From: Candidatus Saccharimonadales bacterium
GTDB lineage: Bacteria; Patescibacteriota; Saccharimonadia; Saccharimonadales; EFPC-124
Direction of reading: 5' to 3'
Assembly (NCBI GenBank): GCA_050730875.1
Contig: JBOHNX010000002.1
Span: forward strand, 2,894 to 66,893
DNA: 64,000 nt
The notes under the pieces are model-generated. The model saw nothing but the letters and a program-made list of their open reading frames with translations, did no database searches and was not told the DNA's origin. This document shows positions 33,941 to 43,200 of this stretch, in pieces. Each line of letters starts with the position of its first letter. The stretch's first letter is position 1. The position numbers were made by a program, and so were the translations under genes.

Positions 33941-34480
33941 TTAGCTAGCGCCAAGTGCTTTGGCGAGGACGTCGCCGAGCAAGTAGGCCACTGCGGCGGC
34001 GATACCGCCCAAAGCCAGCGTTTCAAATGCCGCTTTTAGCTGGCTGGTCTTTGTCATTTGGCCTTTTATGATGCCGATGGCCATAAAGGCTGCACCGGTT
34101 AAGAAACAGCTGCTTGCAAACAGAGAGGTAGGTTCAAGACCAAGCCCAAAAAGCGCGTCCACTACATACATAAGCACTGGAATAAATCCAACAACCACGA
34201 ATGCTGCAAATGTTGCGAGGCCATCACCAACCGGCGTCTCGCCTCCCTCGTGCTCTTCGTTCTTACTGACTTTTAAGTCGCGTTCTGACTTTGCTGAAAG
34301 GTAGGCACTGGCCCCCATCGAAAAACCATCGGCTATTAAGTTTGCGAAGCCCAAAATAATAATGACTGTCGAGCTAAGCTTGGCACCTGCCGAAGCTGCA
34401 ACGACCGCAAATGTTGTTACGGTGCCGTCGATGGCGCCGTACACTAACTGTCCTAAATATTGTTCGAATTTTGCTTTCAC
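33941..34480 (-). CDS. VIT1/CCC1 family iron/manganese transporter
   Basis: YGAIDGTVTTFAVVAASAGA plus five hydrophobic spans. Start overlaps the upstream gene stop (34477-34480). Confidence 0.8.
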   Translation of the reverse strand: MKAKFEQYLGQLVYGAIDGTVTTFAVVAASAGAKLSSTVIIILGFANLIADGFSMGASAYLSAKSERDLKVSKNEEHEGGETPVGDGLATFAAFVVVGFIPVLMYVVDALFGLGLEPTSLFASSCFLTGAAFMAIGIIKGQMTKTSQLKAAFETLALGGIAAAVAYLLGDVLAKALGAS

Positions 34481-36873
34481 TGTTTTAATGCCTCATCTAC
34501 ATCGGACAATGTTACCTGAATCACATCGCCCGGTGCAACCTGCCCAGCCAGTAAGCGTTTAGCGACGATATTTTCGACGGTTCGCTGTACTACTCGACGA
34601 AGTGGGCGAGCGCCAAGGCGCGGGTCGTTTCCGACTTCGACCAACTTAAGTTTGGCATCATCGGCAACTTGCACGCTAATTTGTTGTTGCGCGAGGGTTT
34701 TGTTGACGCTGCCCAGCATAAGGTCAACAACCTGCAGCAGTTCTTCGGCAGTGAGTGGTCGGAAGGTCACGATTTCGTCAAAGCGGTTCAAAAACTCGGG
34801 CTTGAACTGTTGGCTGTTAATAAGTTGGTCGATAAATTGCGGTTCGAATTGCTCGAGACTTTGCCCTGCTTCTATAGCTTTGCGAATAGCATCTGCGCCA
34901 GCGTTACTGGTCGCGATAATAATTGCATCGCGAAAGCTGACTTCACGGTTGTTAATGTCGCGCAAAATGCCTTCGTCGAGCAACTGCAGCAGGGTGTTAA
35001 GCACATTGCCGTGCGCCTTTTCGATTTCGTCCAGCAGCACAACACTAAACGGCTGTTTGGCAATTTGCGCGGTCAGGCTGCGCGGGTCGGTTGCCCCGTC
35101 GGCAATCAGGCGTTTTACGTCACTAGCGCTACCAAATTCGTTCAAATCGAGACGCACTAAACGATCTTCGCCCCCAAAATAAACTGCCGCCAGCGCTTTG
35201 GCGAGTTCGGTTTTACCAACACCAGTCGGGCCTAAAAACAAGAAGCTGCCGATTGGCCGATTTTGGTTGCGCACACCGCTGCGGGCGCGGCGGAGTGCGT
35301 TTGCTACTACTGTTACAGCTCGCGTCTGATTGACCATTCGCTCGTGCAGTAACTGCTCCAAATTGAGCAAAGTCTGTCGTTCATCACCCTGACGTGCAGT
35401 CGCAACTTTAACACCAAAGGTCTGCTCAACCGCTTGTTCAACGCTTGCCGCAGTCACCAAACCACCCTGCGCGTTTTGCGCAGCTGCTTCGAGCAGTGTT
35501 AAGGCCTGGCCTGGCATGGCTTGGTCTGGCACATAACGCTGACCGAGGCGATAAGCCGCTTTGAGGGTTTGATACATGTAGGTCACTTTGCGGTGGAATT
35601 CGTGCATCAGCAACTGGTCTTCACTTACAAGCAGCGTGTCTGCTTCGCCTAGGCTTGCGACGGTGATGCGATTAAGTTTTTGAGCAAGGCTCGGTGTCGC
35701 GCGGCTCAAGCGCAGCCATTGTTGCTCGTCCATAGCTAAGATCATGCGCAGTCCGCCGCCTTCTAGTACTGGCAAAAGCACGTTGCGCAGATCCACCGCG
35801 CCGGTTTCGTCACTAAAGAAAAGTTCGGCATTATCGAAAAATAGAATAACATTTTTTGCGTGGTAGGCTTCGATTAAGATTTGATTGAGTAATCCTTCCA
35901 GCTCTCCTCGACCTCTAGCATTACTAATTAGGCTAGCTGGGTCGAGCGCCATAACTTGGCGGTAGCGCAACTCGCTTGGCACGCCAGCTTCGTCGTGTAG
36001 TAGTTTTTCAGCAAAGGCATAGACTAGCGTTGTTTTACCAACGCCCGATGGACCAACCAGCACAGCATTCTGGCGACCGCCCTTACCTAATTGCTGCATC
36101 AGTTGGCCAAGCAGCGCTTGGTGACCTTCGAGTTTTCGTGTTAACGCACCTCCCCCGCCCGCAACTTGGTCGCTCACATTTACTGCGAATCGGCTCAAAA
36201 GTGGCGTATAACCAAAGCTCAAGTCACGTCCAATACCACCGCCAAGTTTGCGTTGTTTTTCGGCCGCAATAAGATCTTGTAGATGGTGGTACCAGCGTAC
36301 GCCGGCATGTATATCGTCTAACTTGAGTTGCAGCTGAGCGAGGAGTTGGTCACGACCTGGCATTACCTCTACCAGCGCAGCCGTAACAACCGCGGTTGAA
36401 ATAGTGGGCAGTTGTAATTTAGAACGCAAATCCAGCGCAACATTCCAAATTTTTTCAGTGTCTGCTGCATTTGAACTGCTGAGCGTGCCGAGAAAATTTG
36501 GCCCAATGCCAAACCGAATCGCAAAAAATAGTCCGCCATTGGTGCGCATAGTAAGTTCAGCTAATTGCTTGGGCGAAACATCGTGCGGCAATTGCTCCAA
36601 TAACTGGCCGTCGAGCAAATCATCGATAGAATTAGCAGTTTTAGCCGGCGGTAAATCCTTTAGCCACCATTCATGCCAAACCAGCGGCATCAGCGGCCAA
36701 GCAGCAAGTGTTACTACAAGCCAACCTACTGACTGAGCTTGCAGGATTAACAGCAAACCAAATAGTACTAGAACACCGACAACTGCAACAATTGTGGGCT
36801 TAAACCACTTTTGGCCAAATAACTTGCCGCTACGTGCTTGACGAGCGCGAACACTTTGGAGGTTAACCTGCAT
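34477..36873 (-). CDS. membrane-anchored double-ring Clp/Hsp100-family AAA+ protein (atypical)
   Basis: Two N-terminal TM spans. D1 has Walker A GPSGVGKTT and Walker B ILFFDNAE (DE to DN). D2 has Walker A GPTGVGKTE and Walker B VVLLDEIEKAH. C-terminal ARPLRR. Confidence 0.8.
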   Translation of the reverse strand: MQVNLQSVRARQARSGKLFGQKWFKPTIVAVVGVLVLFGLLLILQAQSVGWLVVTLAAWPLMPLVWHEWWLKDLPPAKTANSIDDLLDGQLLEQLPHDVSPKQLAELTMRTNGGLFFAIRFGIGPNFLGTLSSSNAADTEKIWNVALDLRSKLQLPTISTAVVTAALVEVMPGRDQLLAQLQLKLDDIHAGVRWYHHLQDLIAAEKQRKLGGGIGRDLSFGYTPLLSRFAVNVSDQVAGGGGALTRKLEGHQALLGQLMQQLGKGGRQNAVLVGPSGVGKTTLVYAFAEKLLHDEAGVPSELRYRQVMALDPASLISNARGRGELEGLLNQILIEAYHAKNVILFFDNAELFFSDETGAVDLRNVLLPVLEGGGLRMILAMDEQQWLRLSRATPSLAQKLNRITVASLGEADTLLVSEDQLLMHEFHRKVTYMYQTLKAAYRLGQRYVPDQAMPGQALTLLEAAAQNAQGGLVTAASVEQAVEQTFGVKVATARQGDERQTLLNLEQLLHERMVNQTRAVTVVANALRRARSGVRNQNRPIGSFLFLGPTGVGKTELAKALAAVYFGGEDRLVRLDLNEFGSASDVKRLIADGATDPRSLTAQIAKQPFSVVLLDEIEKAHGNVLNTLLQLLDEGILRDINNREVSFRDAIIIATSNAGADAIRKAIEAGQSLEQFEPQFIDQLINSQQFKPEFLNRFDEIVTFRPLTAEELLQVVDLMLGSVNKTLAQQQISVQVADDAKLKLVEVGNDPRLGARPLRRVVQRTVENIVAKRLLAGQVAPGDVIQVTLSDVDEALKQ

Positions 36874-37240
36874 TAAGGCCTCCAGACATTAGCATAAAAC
36901 CAATAATTGGCGCCAGCGGTATAAGCGGCCAGGCAACAACCAGTAGTAAACCGACAAGGCCTGTAATTGCCGCCAGCAGCAACCCGGCTAAAATAAGCAG
37001 CATGCGTACAATTGCGCCGATCACTCTCGAAAATTGACGGTCAAACCATGCACTCAGCTGAACGCCCAAAGGTCCTTGCACACGCCCGGCAGATATCTGG
37101 CGAAACGGTGCGAACAAACTACCTGCCAAAAGTCCGACCGAAAAGAAATTCAACACGCCTTGCACGCGCCCACCGACACGAGTCATTAGCTTGAGCCAGC
37201 CAGGGCCGTACCACCACGAAATGAGCAGGGGGACAAACAT
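36863..37240 (-). CDS. hypothetical integral membrane protein
   Basis: 125-aa ORF, 3-4 hydrophobic spans. It overlaps the AAA+ gene start by 11 nt. Confidence 0.5.
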   Translation of the reverse strand: MFVPLLISWWYGPGWLKLMTRVGGRVQGVLNFFSVGLLAGSLFAPFRQISAGRVQGPLGVQLSAWFDRQFSRVIGAIVRMLLILAGLLLAAITGLVGLLLVVAWPLIPLAPIIGFMLMSGGLNAG

Positions 37241-37257
37241 AAGCTTATTGTAGCAGC

Positions 37258-38466
37258 CTATCGCTCAAAAACGACACAGAGCGGTGTGCATTCACTCCCT
37301 TGCCCAAGCGGATTGTCGGCAAAAATGGCTTCGAGCTGTTCTTCGCCATCAACGGTGTCGTGGCCTAGTACATTACGGCCGAGGTCGTTGGCATCGATCA
37401 CCACCACGCCGCGGAAATTGGCCGTTAGCTCTGGATGCAAGCGCTTTTTCAATAATTCGGATAGCTCGACTGCGACTTTTTGTGGGTCTTCTGGCGGCAA
37501 TTTGGCGGAAACGTTTGAAGGGTACACCGAATATTCAGTTGGCCCATCGATCGCTCGTACGTCTGAGCCAGCTAAAATGTAAAACCAGCCTTTTTTGCCT
37601 ACCATTTTGCCTAGAATTCCGCCAGCCGCCGCAAACATAATGCGCGGCAAACCAGCTTCCTGGATTGCTAGCTGCATGGTCCACGGGCTGCCTAGCCCAA
37701 TGCCGTATGGCGTACGTACCACAAATCGGCTTAGCAGACGCGCCCAAACGCCGGGTTTAATATCCCAAATAAAATACGAGCGGCCTTGGGTAATTGCGAC
37801 TATTTTTTCGCTGACGAACAGCTGCCAAGGTCGCATTAATAGATCGGAATGTTCTTTGGGCGCTTTTTTGAGCGTTTCAAAAAACTGCTCAACGCGCTCT
37901 AGAATGTACGGCTGCAAATCATCTTCGGCGCTGACCATCTTGGTTTTCAATGGATAGCGGCAAAAGGTCTGCTCGCCAACAGTAAGATCAAGTTTTTTAC
38001 CTTCATTTGGTACTAAATCCGATTTTGGCGGCAGCTGCAGCGCGGTTAAATCTTGCACTACTTGCTTGGCATGCTTTTTCGGATCAAGGCGCGCGTACTC
38101 TTTTACAATTTCGCCATTTGGGTCGATAATGCACGTCCGGCGCAGTAAATCAGTGTCTTTGAGACCTGTTGCGCGGTACGCATTGAGCACTTCCCCATCT
38201 GGATCACTCAACATTGTAAACGGCAGCTCATGCTCTTTTACAAACTGTTCATTCGCCGCGACTAATCCTTCCGAAACACCCAAGATTGTGACGCCGAGCG
38301 CCTGAAAATCGTTATGTTCATCTCGAAACGCGCGCGCTTCTGCAACGCAGCCTTTGGCCAAATCTGCCGGACAGAAATATAAAACCAGCCATTTGCCGCT
38401 GTAATCGCCCAGGGTATGAGTTTTACCGTTTTGATCTTTCAAAGAAAATTTTGGTGCTTTTGCCAT
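37258..38466 (-). CDS. fusion of a peroxiredoxin (Bcp-like) domain and a CofE-like (F420-0:gamma-glutamyl ligase family) domain
   Basis: N-terminal KFSLKDQNGKTHTLGDYSGKWLVLYFCPADLAKGCVAE (Prx fold with peroxidatic Cys). The C-terminal approx. 230 aa contain EKIVAITQGRS...IDGPTEY, resembling CofE-family proteins. Confidence 0.6.
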   Translation of the reverse strand: MAKAPKFSLKDQNGKTHTLGDYSGKWLVLYFCPADLAKGCVAEARAFRDEHNDFQALGVTILGVSEGLVAANEQFVKEHELPFTMLSDPDGEVLNAYRATGLKDTDLLRRTCIIDPNGEIVKEYARLDPKKHAKQVVQDLTALQLPPKSDLVPNEGKKLDLTVGEQTFCRYPLKTKMVSAEDDLQPYILERVEQFFETLKKAPKEHSDLLMRPWQLFVSEKIVAITQGRSYFIWDIKPGVWARLLSRFVVRTPYGIGLGSPWTMQLAIQEAGLPRIMFAAAGGILGKMVGKKGWFYILAGSDVRAIDGPTEYSVYPSNVSAKLPPEDPQKVAVELSELLKKRLHPELTANFRGVVVIDANDLGRNVLGHDTVDGEEQLEAIFADNPLGQGSECTPLCVVFER

Positions 38467-39637
38467 GTTAGCATTCTACCTTGCCAGCGCCTCAACACGA
38501 AGCTTGACCTTCTGTATAATAGTCACGGTGGACAAACTAGCCCGCCAACTGTTTTCGCAGCGGCTTCTGAGCATTGATATGCTAAGAGGTTATTTTTTAC
38601 TTGTTATTATTATTGACCACCTGGAGCGCTGGCCCGGTTTCTTCGAACTTATCACTGGCGAGGGTAAGCTTTGGGTATCGGCGGCCGAAGGATTCTTTAT
38701 TATCTCTGGTTTGATGGTTGGTTTGATCCGTGGCCGCAAGGCGATGGATAAACCACTACACCAGGTAGCCCGCTCGCTCCTGAAACGCGCAGGGCTACTG
38801 TACGTTTGGGGCGTTGGTATATCGTTCGCGTTTTTAGCACTCGCTTTGGCTCTCAATAGTTATGGCTATGTACCGGCTGGTTATCAGAACGCACTCGGGG
38901 ACCTGCCAGGGACTATTTTCAATACTTTGACTCTTCAGTACTCGTATGGCTGGACTGGATTTTTGAAGTTCTACTGTGTATTTTTGGCTATTTCGCCACT
39001 GACTATTTGGCTGCTGCGCCGTGGTTTTTGGTGGCCGATTTTGGCCGTGTCGATCGCTATTTGGACGCAAGGCTGGGATAACTGGTACCTCAGCTGGCAA
39101 CTGTTATTCTTTAGCGGTACGGTGGTTGGGTACTATGCGCCCGAAATCGTCAATTGGTGGCGCAAACTTGCGTCAGTCACCCGCTGGAGTCTAGCTAGTT
39201 CAATTTTACTACTGGCGACTGCAACTGTACTAGTGAGCACGTTCTTCACTTTTGGCTGGGAAATCACCAAACAACCTGGCGCAGTAATGCCATTCGACAC
39301 CTTTGCGTCCATTAAGGCTCAGCTCGATCCATACTTCCATAAAACTTCGCTGCCCTTACCACGGATGCTCCTAGGCGCACTTTGGTTCACCGCCCTTCTG
39401 CTGCTATTTGTGAAACTTGAACCAATACTTAAACGTTTACTCGGATGGCTACTCATCCCATTCGGTCGCGCCTCGCTGTACGTGTACATTACTCATGGAT
39501 TCTTGGTATTCGCGCTGGATATTTTGATCCCGGATAAGACGTTACTATGGCTCAACGTCGTTGCCGTCAGTGCCACCATATTCATTGTGTGGCTATTAGT
39601 TAAGCGACGCTTCTTGTTTTCGGTGATTCCTCGGTAG
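38465..39637 (+). CDS. OpgC/acyltransferase-3-like integral membrane protein
   Basis: LLSIDMLRGYFLLVIIIDHL N-terminal motif and about 10 TM spans. The true start may be GTG at 38528, because 38465 overlaps the divergent gene's start. Confidence 0.55.
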   Translation: MLAFYLASASTRSLTFCIIVTVDKLARQLFSQRLLSIDMLRGYFLLVIIIDHLERWPGFFELITGEGKLWVSAAEGFFIISGLMVGLIRGRKAMDKPLHQVARSLLKRAGLLYVWGVGISFAFLALALALNSYGYVPAGYQNALGDLPGTIFNTLTLQYSYGWTGFLKFYCVFLAISPLTIWLLRRGFWWPILAVSIAIWTQGWDNWYLSWQLLFFSGTVVGYYAPEIVNWWRKLASVTRWSLASSILLLATATVLVSTFFTFGWEITKQPGAVMPFDTFASIKAQLDPYFHKTSLPLPRMLLGALWFTALLLLFVKLEPILKRLLGWLLIPFGRASLYVYITHGFLVFALDILIPDKTLLWLNVVAVSATIFIVWLLVKRRFLFSVIPR

Positions 39638-39753
39638 CGACATCGAACACAATTGGCAGATGGTCGGATGCCTGTATTCCAACTCATCATTCGCAGAACA
39701 GCTCATCCGTTTAGACTTGCTAGTATTATATCGCGTATGAGGAGGGGATTGTG

Positions 39754-40155
39754 CTAGGAGAGCTTGTTGATTGCCGCGTGTACCGCATTGCGTTCTTGAA
39801 TAGTCAACTTATCGCAACCTAAGGCCTCGGGCAATGCAGCAATGATGTCGTTAATAACCTTGTTTCCTCTTTCGGTCAGCTGGAGGGTTTTAACGCGGCG
39901 GTCTTGCTCGCTTTCGGTACGGGTGACGAGGCGTTGAGTGACAAGGCGATCAATAATCCCGGTTGCATTCGAAGCGTCGCAATGCAGCTTTTGTGCCACC
40001 TCGCCCATTGTGGTGCCCCCTTGCTTAATCGCATAGAGTGCGCTCACCTGCGGAGGAGTAAGATCATAGCGTTCGGCAAGTCCAGCTACCGCAGTCTTCA
40101 TGACTCTCATCAGGGTATACAGGTCTTGGCATAGTTGTGAAGCACTGACTTCCAT
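39754..40155 (-). CDS. MarR family transcriptional regulator
   Basis: Winged-helix block LTPPQVSALYAIKQGGTTMGEVAQKLHCDASNATGIIDRLVTQRLVTR. Divergent from the MFS pump gene. Confidence 0.8.
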   Translation of the reverse strand: MEVSASQLCQDLYTLMRVMKTAVAGLAERYDLTPPQVSALYAIKQGGTTMGEVAQKLHCDASNATGIIDRLVTQRLVTRTESEQDRRVKTLQLTERGNKVINDIIAALPEALGCDKLTIQERNAVHAAINKLS

Positions 40156-40179
40156 GGTCGAATTATACTATAGGTTTAT

Positions 40180-40202
40180 AATATTTGACTACCTCAAATA
40201 TT
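40180..40202. promoter_or_regulatory. perfect 9-bp inverted repeat, candidate MarR operator
   Basis: AATATTTGA-CTACC-TCAAATATT in the 95-bp MarR/MFS divergent intergenic region. Confidence 0.4.
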
Positions 40203-40250
40203 TAGATATACTGGTTTCTGTATGTTCGAGAAATTAACAAAAGGAAACGT

Positions 40251-41735
40251 ATGATCGAAAAAGTAAAACATAAAGGCTTGGCATTGGCGGTACTTGCCGC
40301 TGCGCAGTTTATGGTGATACTCGATGCCACCATCGTGAACGTTGCCCTGCCTGCTATTAAAGAGGCTCTGCAATTTACAACCGACGCTCAGCTGCAATGG
40401 GTGGTTACTGCCTACGCCCTGCTCTTTGGTGGTTTTTTGCTGCTCGGTGGACGGCTAGCTGACCTATTTGGACGTCGTAAGATGTTTCTCGCGGGTGTTG
40501 TTGTATTTGCTGCTGCATCTCTGCTCGCTGGCGTGGCCCAGGATCCAACTCAAATTATTGTGTTCCGTGGGCTACAAGGTTTGGGTGGAGCATTGCTTGC
40601 GCCATCTGCCCTCTCGCTGGTTCTTTCTATTTTTAAAGAAGGTCCGGAGCGCAACAAAGCACTTGGACTTTGGGGTATGGTTGCCGCCGGTGGTGGTGCC
40701 GTAGGACTTATTGTGGGAGGTTTGCTGACTGAGTTTGTCGATTGGCGCTGGATTTTCTTCATCAATATACCTATTGCCGCAGCCGTGGTCACAGCCTCGC
40801 TTAAATACGTACCCGCAGTAAATCCTCAAGAAAAACAGCGAGTTGACGTGTTAGGCGCACTCACCATTACCGGTAGCTTAATGAGCTTGGTGTACGCACT
40901 TGTAATGGCTGCGGAAAATGGTTGGGGCGGCGCAAGCACCCTCATATCGTTTGCAGTTTCTGCGGTATTGATGACTGCCTTTATTGTGAACGAACTTCGT
41001 GTGCGTCACCCACTTATCGAGCTCAATATTTTTAAACGTCGCAACGTTACAGGTGGAGCACTGCTGCAGCTACTTATGCCAGCTGCGATGTTCGGCATGT
41101 TCTTCTACCTATCCATCTACTTACAGCAGATTCTTGGTTACTCACCTACTCAAACCGGCGTAGCTAACCTGCCGTTTACCCTCATGATTATCGTAATCGC
41201 CGGCTTCCTTTCTAAGAACATCGCCAAAGTTAATGCCAAGGCTGTATTGGTTATTGCGCCGCTGGTTATTGCTGCTGGTTTGCTCTTTTTTGCACGCATA
41301 CCACTCCAAGCAGATTATTGGACCGACATTTTGCCCGGCATTATTTTGCTAGCCAGCGGTATGGCGGCGGTGTTTGTTGTGACGACTATGGTTGCTGCTA
41401 GTGGTGTATCCCATAAAGAGTCTGGTTTAGTCTCCGGAATTCTAAACACCGGGCAACAAGTTGGTGGTGCGATTGGACTTGCAGTGCTCACAGTGGTTTC
41501 AACTGCGGCCACTGAATCTGAGATGGCAAAAGCATTCGGTAGTCCAAACCTTATTCCTGCTGCATTAGTGCACGGCTTTCAGCAAGGTTTCCAATTTGCC
41601 GCGCTGTTTGCTGTAGCCGCCAGCATTGTTGCACTTGTAGTGCTCAAACCTGCAAAATTCACCAAGAAGGATCTCGAACGGGAAGCCGAGGCCGAGGCCG
41701 AGGCAGAAGCTTTGCCGGCTATTCCAGGCGCATAG
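40251..41735 (+). CDS. MFS transporter, DHA2 (EmrB/QacA-like, 14-TMS) drug:H+ antiporter
   Basis: LDATIVNVALPAI, GRLADLFGRRKMF (motif A), 14 hydrophobic spans, acidic EAEAEAEA tail. Confidence 0.85.
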   Translation: MIEKVKHKGLALAVLAAAQFMVILDATIVNVALPAIKEALQFTTDAQLQWVVTAYALLFGGFLLLGGRLADLFGRRKMFLAGVVVFAAASLLAGVAQDPTQIIVFRGLQGLGGALLAPSALSLVLSIFKEGPERNKALGLWGMVAAGGGAVGLIVGGLLTEFVDWRWIFFINIPIAAAVVTASLKYVPAVNPQEKQRVDVLGALTITGSLMSLVYALVMAAENGWGGASTLISFAVSAVLMTAFIVNELRVRHPLIELNIFKRRNVTGGALLQLLMPAAMFGMFFYLSIYLQQILGYSPTQTGVANLPFTLMIIVIAGFLSKNIAKVNAKAVLVIAPLVIAAGLLFFARIPLQADYWTDILPGIILLASGMAAVFVVTTMVAASGVSHKESGLVSGILNTGQQVGGAIGLAVLTVVSTAATESEMAKAFGSPNLIPAALVHGFQQGFQFAALFAVAASIVALVVLKPAKFTKKDLEREAEAEAEAEALPAIPGA

Positions 41736-41798
41736 CTCCATAAAAGACCACCCACGGTGGTCTTTTATGTCACATAATGACAACTTTGGACGCTACCG

Positions 41799-42359
41799 CT
41801 ACTTACCACAGACAAGGTAGGCCACGCCTTGCCCCTGATAAGGCTCGACCTTGCTAAACAACTCAAGTAGCTCAGCAGTGGCTTGCTCAAGGTCAACCGC
41901 TATACCTGCCTTTTCAGGTGGTACATCGCTTAATAAGGGCGTAATGACTACAAACTTACCCCCCTCGGAAAGCAATGCTGCTACTTTATGCAAGAAGGTG
42001 GGCTTCTCTTTTATGAATGCGTACACCAGTTTGCAGGTAATAAGCGAATAAGGGTGTTTGGGCAGCTCTGTAGGGTTACCGACCTCGATGTCAAAGTGTT
42101 GGTACTCCAAACCTTCACGCACTGTTAGTGACCTAGCAATCTCAACGGCCTTGGCCGAAGCGTCAACACCAACGCAACTGTAACCCCGATGGTAAAGCTC
42201 GCGGGTAAGTTGGCCTGTGCCACAGCCAATGTCGAGGTTTGTCTTAGGTATCCCGCCATCAACATAGCTAAGCAGCTTCGTGAGTGCTTGTGAGGTCATA
42301 AGGCCAAAGTCTTTGCCTTGATTGTAGTAGCCGCTCCAGTGTTGGTCTGTATTTGTCAT
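41799..42359 (-). CDS. class I SAM-dependent methyltransferase
   Basis: Motif I NLDIGCGTGQLTREL. ATG at 42359; the longer ORF to 42578 extends into the high-GC block. Confidence 0.75.
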   Translation of the reverse strand: MTNTDQHWSGYYNQGKDFGLMTSQALTKLLSYVDGGIPKTNLDIGCGTGQLTRELYHRGYSCVGVDASAKAVEIARSLTVREGLEYQHFDIEVGNPTELPKHPYSLITCKLVYAFIKEKPTFLHKVAALLSEGGKFVVITPLLSDVPPEKAGIAVDLEQATAELLELFSKVEPYQGQGVAYLVCGK

Positions 42360-42444
42360 AAGTTCAGTATAGCGTATACAAAGTGCTGTAACCCGCCCGG
42401 CACCATACCCGAAGGAATGGGCCGAGCGGGTGCGACCAGCAGGG

Positions 42445-42951
42445 TCAGCGCCCGCCACCCGAGCAGGAGTCGCCCGAGCAGTAGGCAGAGCAATCGTGGC
42501 CGGTGTTGGCCCACAGCGGCTCGTCCACACCGATGCCGCGCTGCTTGAGGGCGGCGACAGTCCGGGCGATGTTGCCACTGCCGTAGTCGATGCCGTCCTC
42601 GTCCGACGGCGCGTGGTGGATGAACTGGCCGTTCAGCCCCTGACAGAACGCCGCGTACTCGCGGGTGTAGAGGATGAAGGTGTGCCAGCCGATGTCCACC
42701 AGCGGCGACGGCGAGTAGGACTCGGTGCTCGGCTCGGCGCAGAGCCGCAGGAAGGCGAGTGCCTGGTCCATGATGCGCTCGGCGAGCGCGGGGTCCAGGT
42801 TCTCGTCCTTGGCGATGCGGTTCGTCAGCCGGACCCAGAGCTGGTTGCTGACGAGGCTCTTGTTGGTCAGCTCGACGCTGGCCGGAGCCACGGAGGAGGT
42901 CACGGTCACGACCGTGGTCCTTTCTCTCGGTTTTACCCAGTGCGAATGCAC
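42445..42951 (-). CDS. hypothetical protein encoded in a high-GC block (actinobacterial-type composition)
   Basis: GC3-rich codons. GAGAAAGGA RBS suggests the GTG at about 42909 as start. Contains DIGWHTFILYTREYAAFC and a Cys/Gly-rich C-terminus (CSAYCSGDSCSGGGR). Confidence 0.55.
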   Translation of the reverse strand: MHSHWVKPRERTTVVTVTSSVAPASVELTNKSLVSNQLWVRLTNRIAKDENLDPALAERIMDQALAFLRLCAEPSTESYSPSPLVDIGWHTFILYTREYAAFCQGLNGQFIHHAPSDEDGIDYGSGNIARTVAALKQRGIGVDEPLWANTGHDCSAYCSGDSCSGGGR

Positions 42952-43200
42952 AAGGCTCCAGCTATCCTATGACAGTTTAAGGTACAATGTCAACACTTTG
43001 AAGTATCGACGAACGCTTCGCCAAAATACCGCCTGGGGCTTATACATATTACCTTGACGAAGTGCGCAGCTTGAGCGGCCAGCAGAAAACAGCGCTACGC
43101 GGCAAACTTACAAGTGCTCAAAAGGGCTATAAGCAAAAATAAGAAGATCTATCCTTGCTCTTGGCTGGACGCCGAGCGACAAGAGACGCTCATGATCCAA

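Noticed and set aside
38465-38466. Divergent genes with overlapping start codons (37258..38466 minus, 38465..39637 plus)
   Set aside because: It is unlikely that both starts are real. The plus-strand gene probably starts at the GTG at 38528, leaving a short divergent promoter region.
41683-41712. GAGGCC/GAAGCC short tandem repeats. The CCN run at 12634-12670 is analogous.
   Set aside because: They are in-frame coding low-complexity tracts: the EAEAEAEA tail of the MFS protein and the poly-Pro linker of the beta-helix protein.
42318-43057. Stack of overlapping ORFs on both strands (also 44126..44844)
   Set aside because: This is the expected artefact of high-GC DNA, where stop codons are rare. 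Only one reading per block has an RBS plus a signal peptide or a protein-like sequence.
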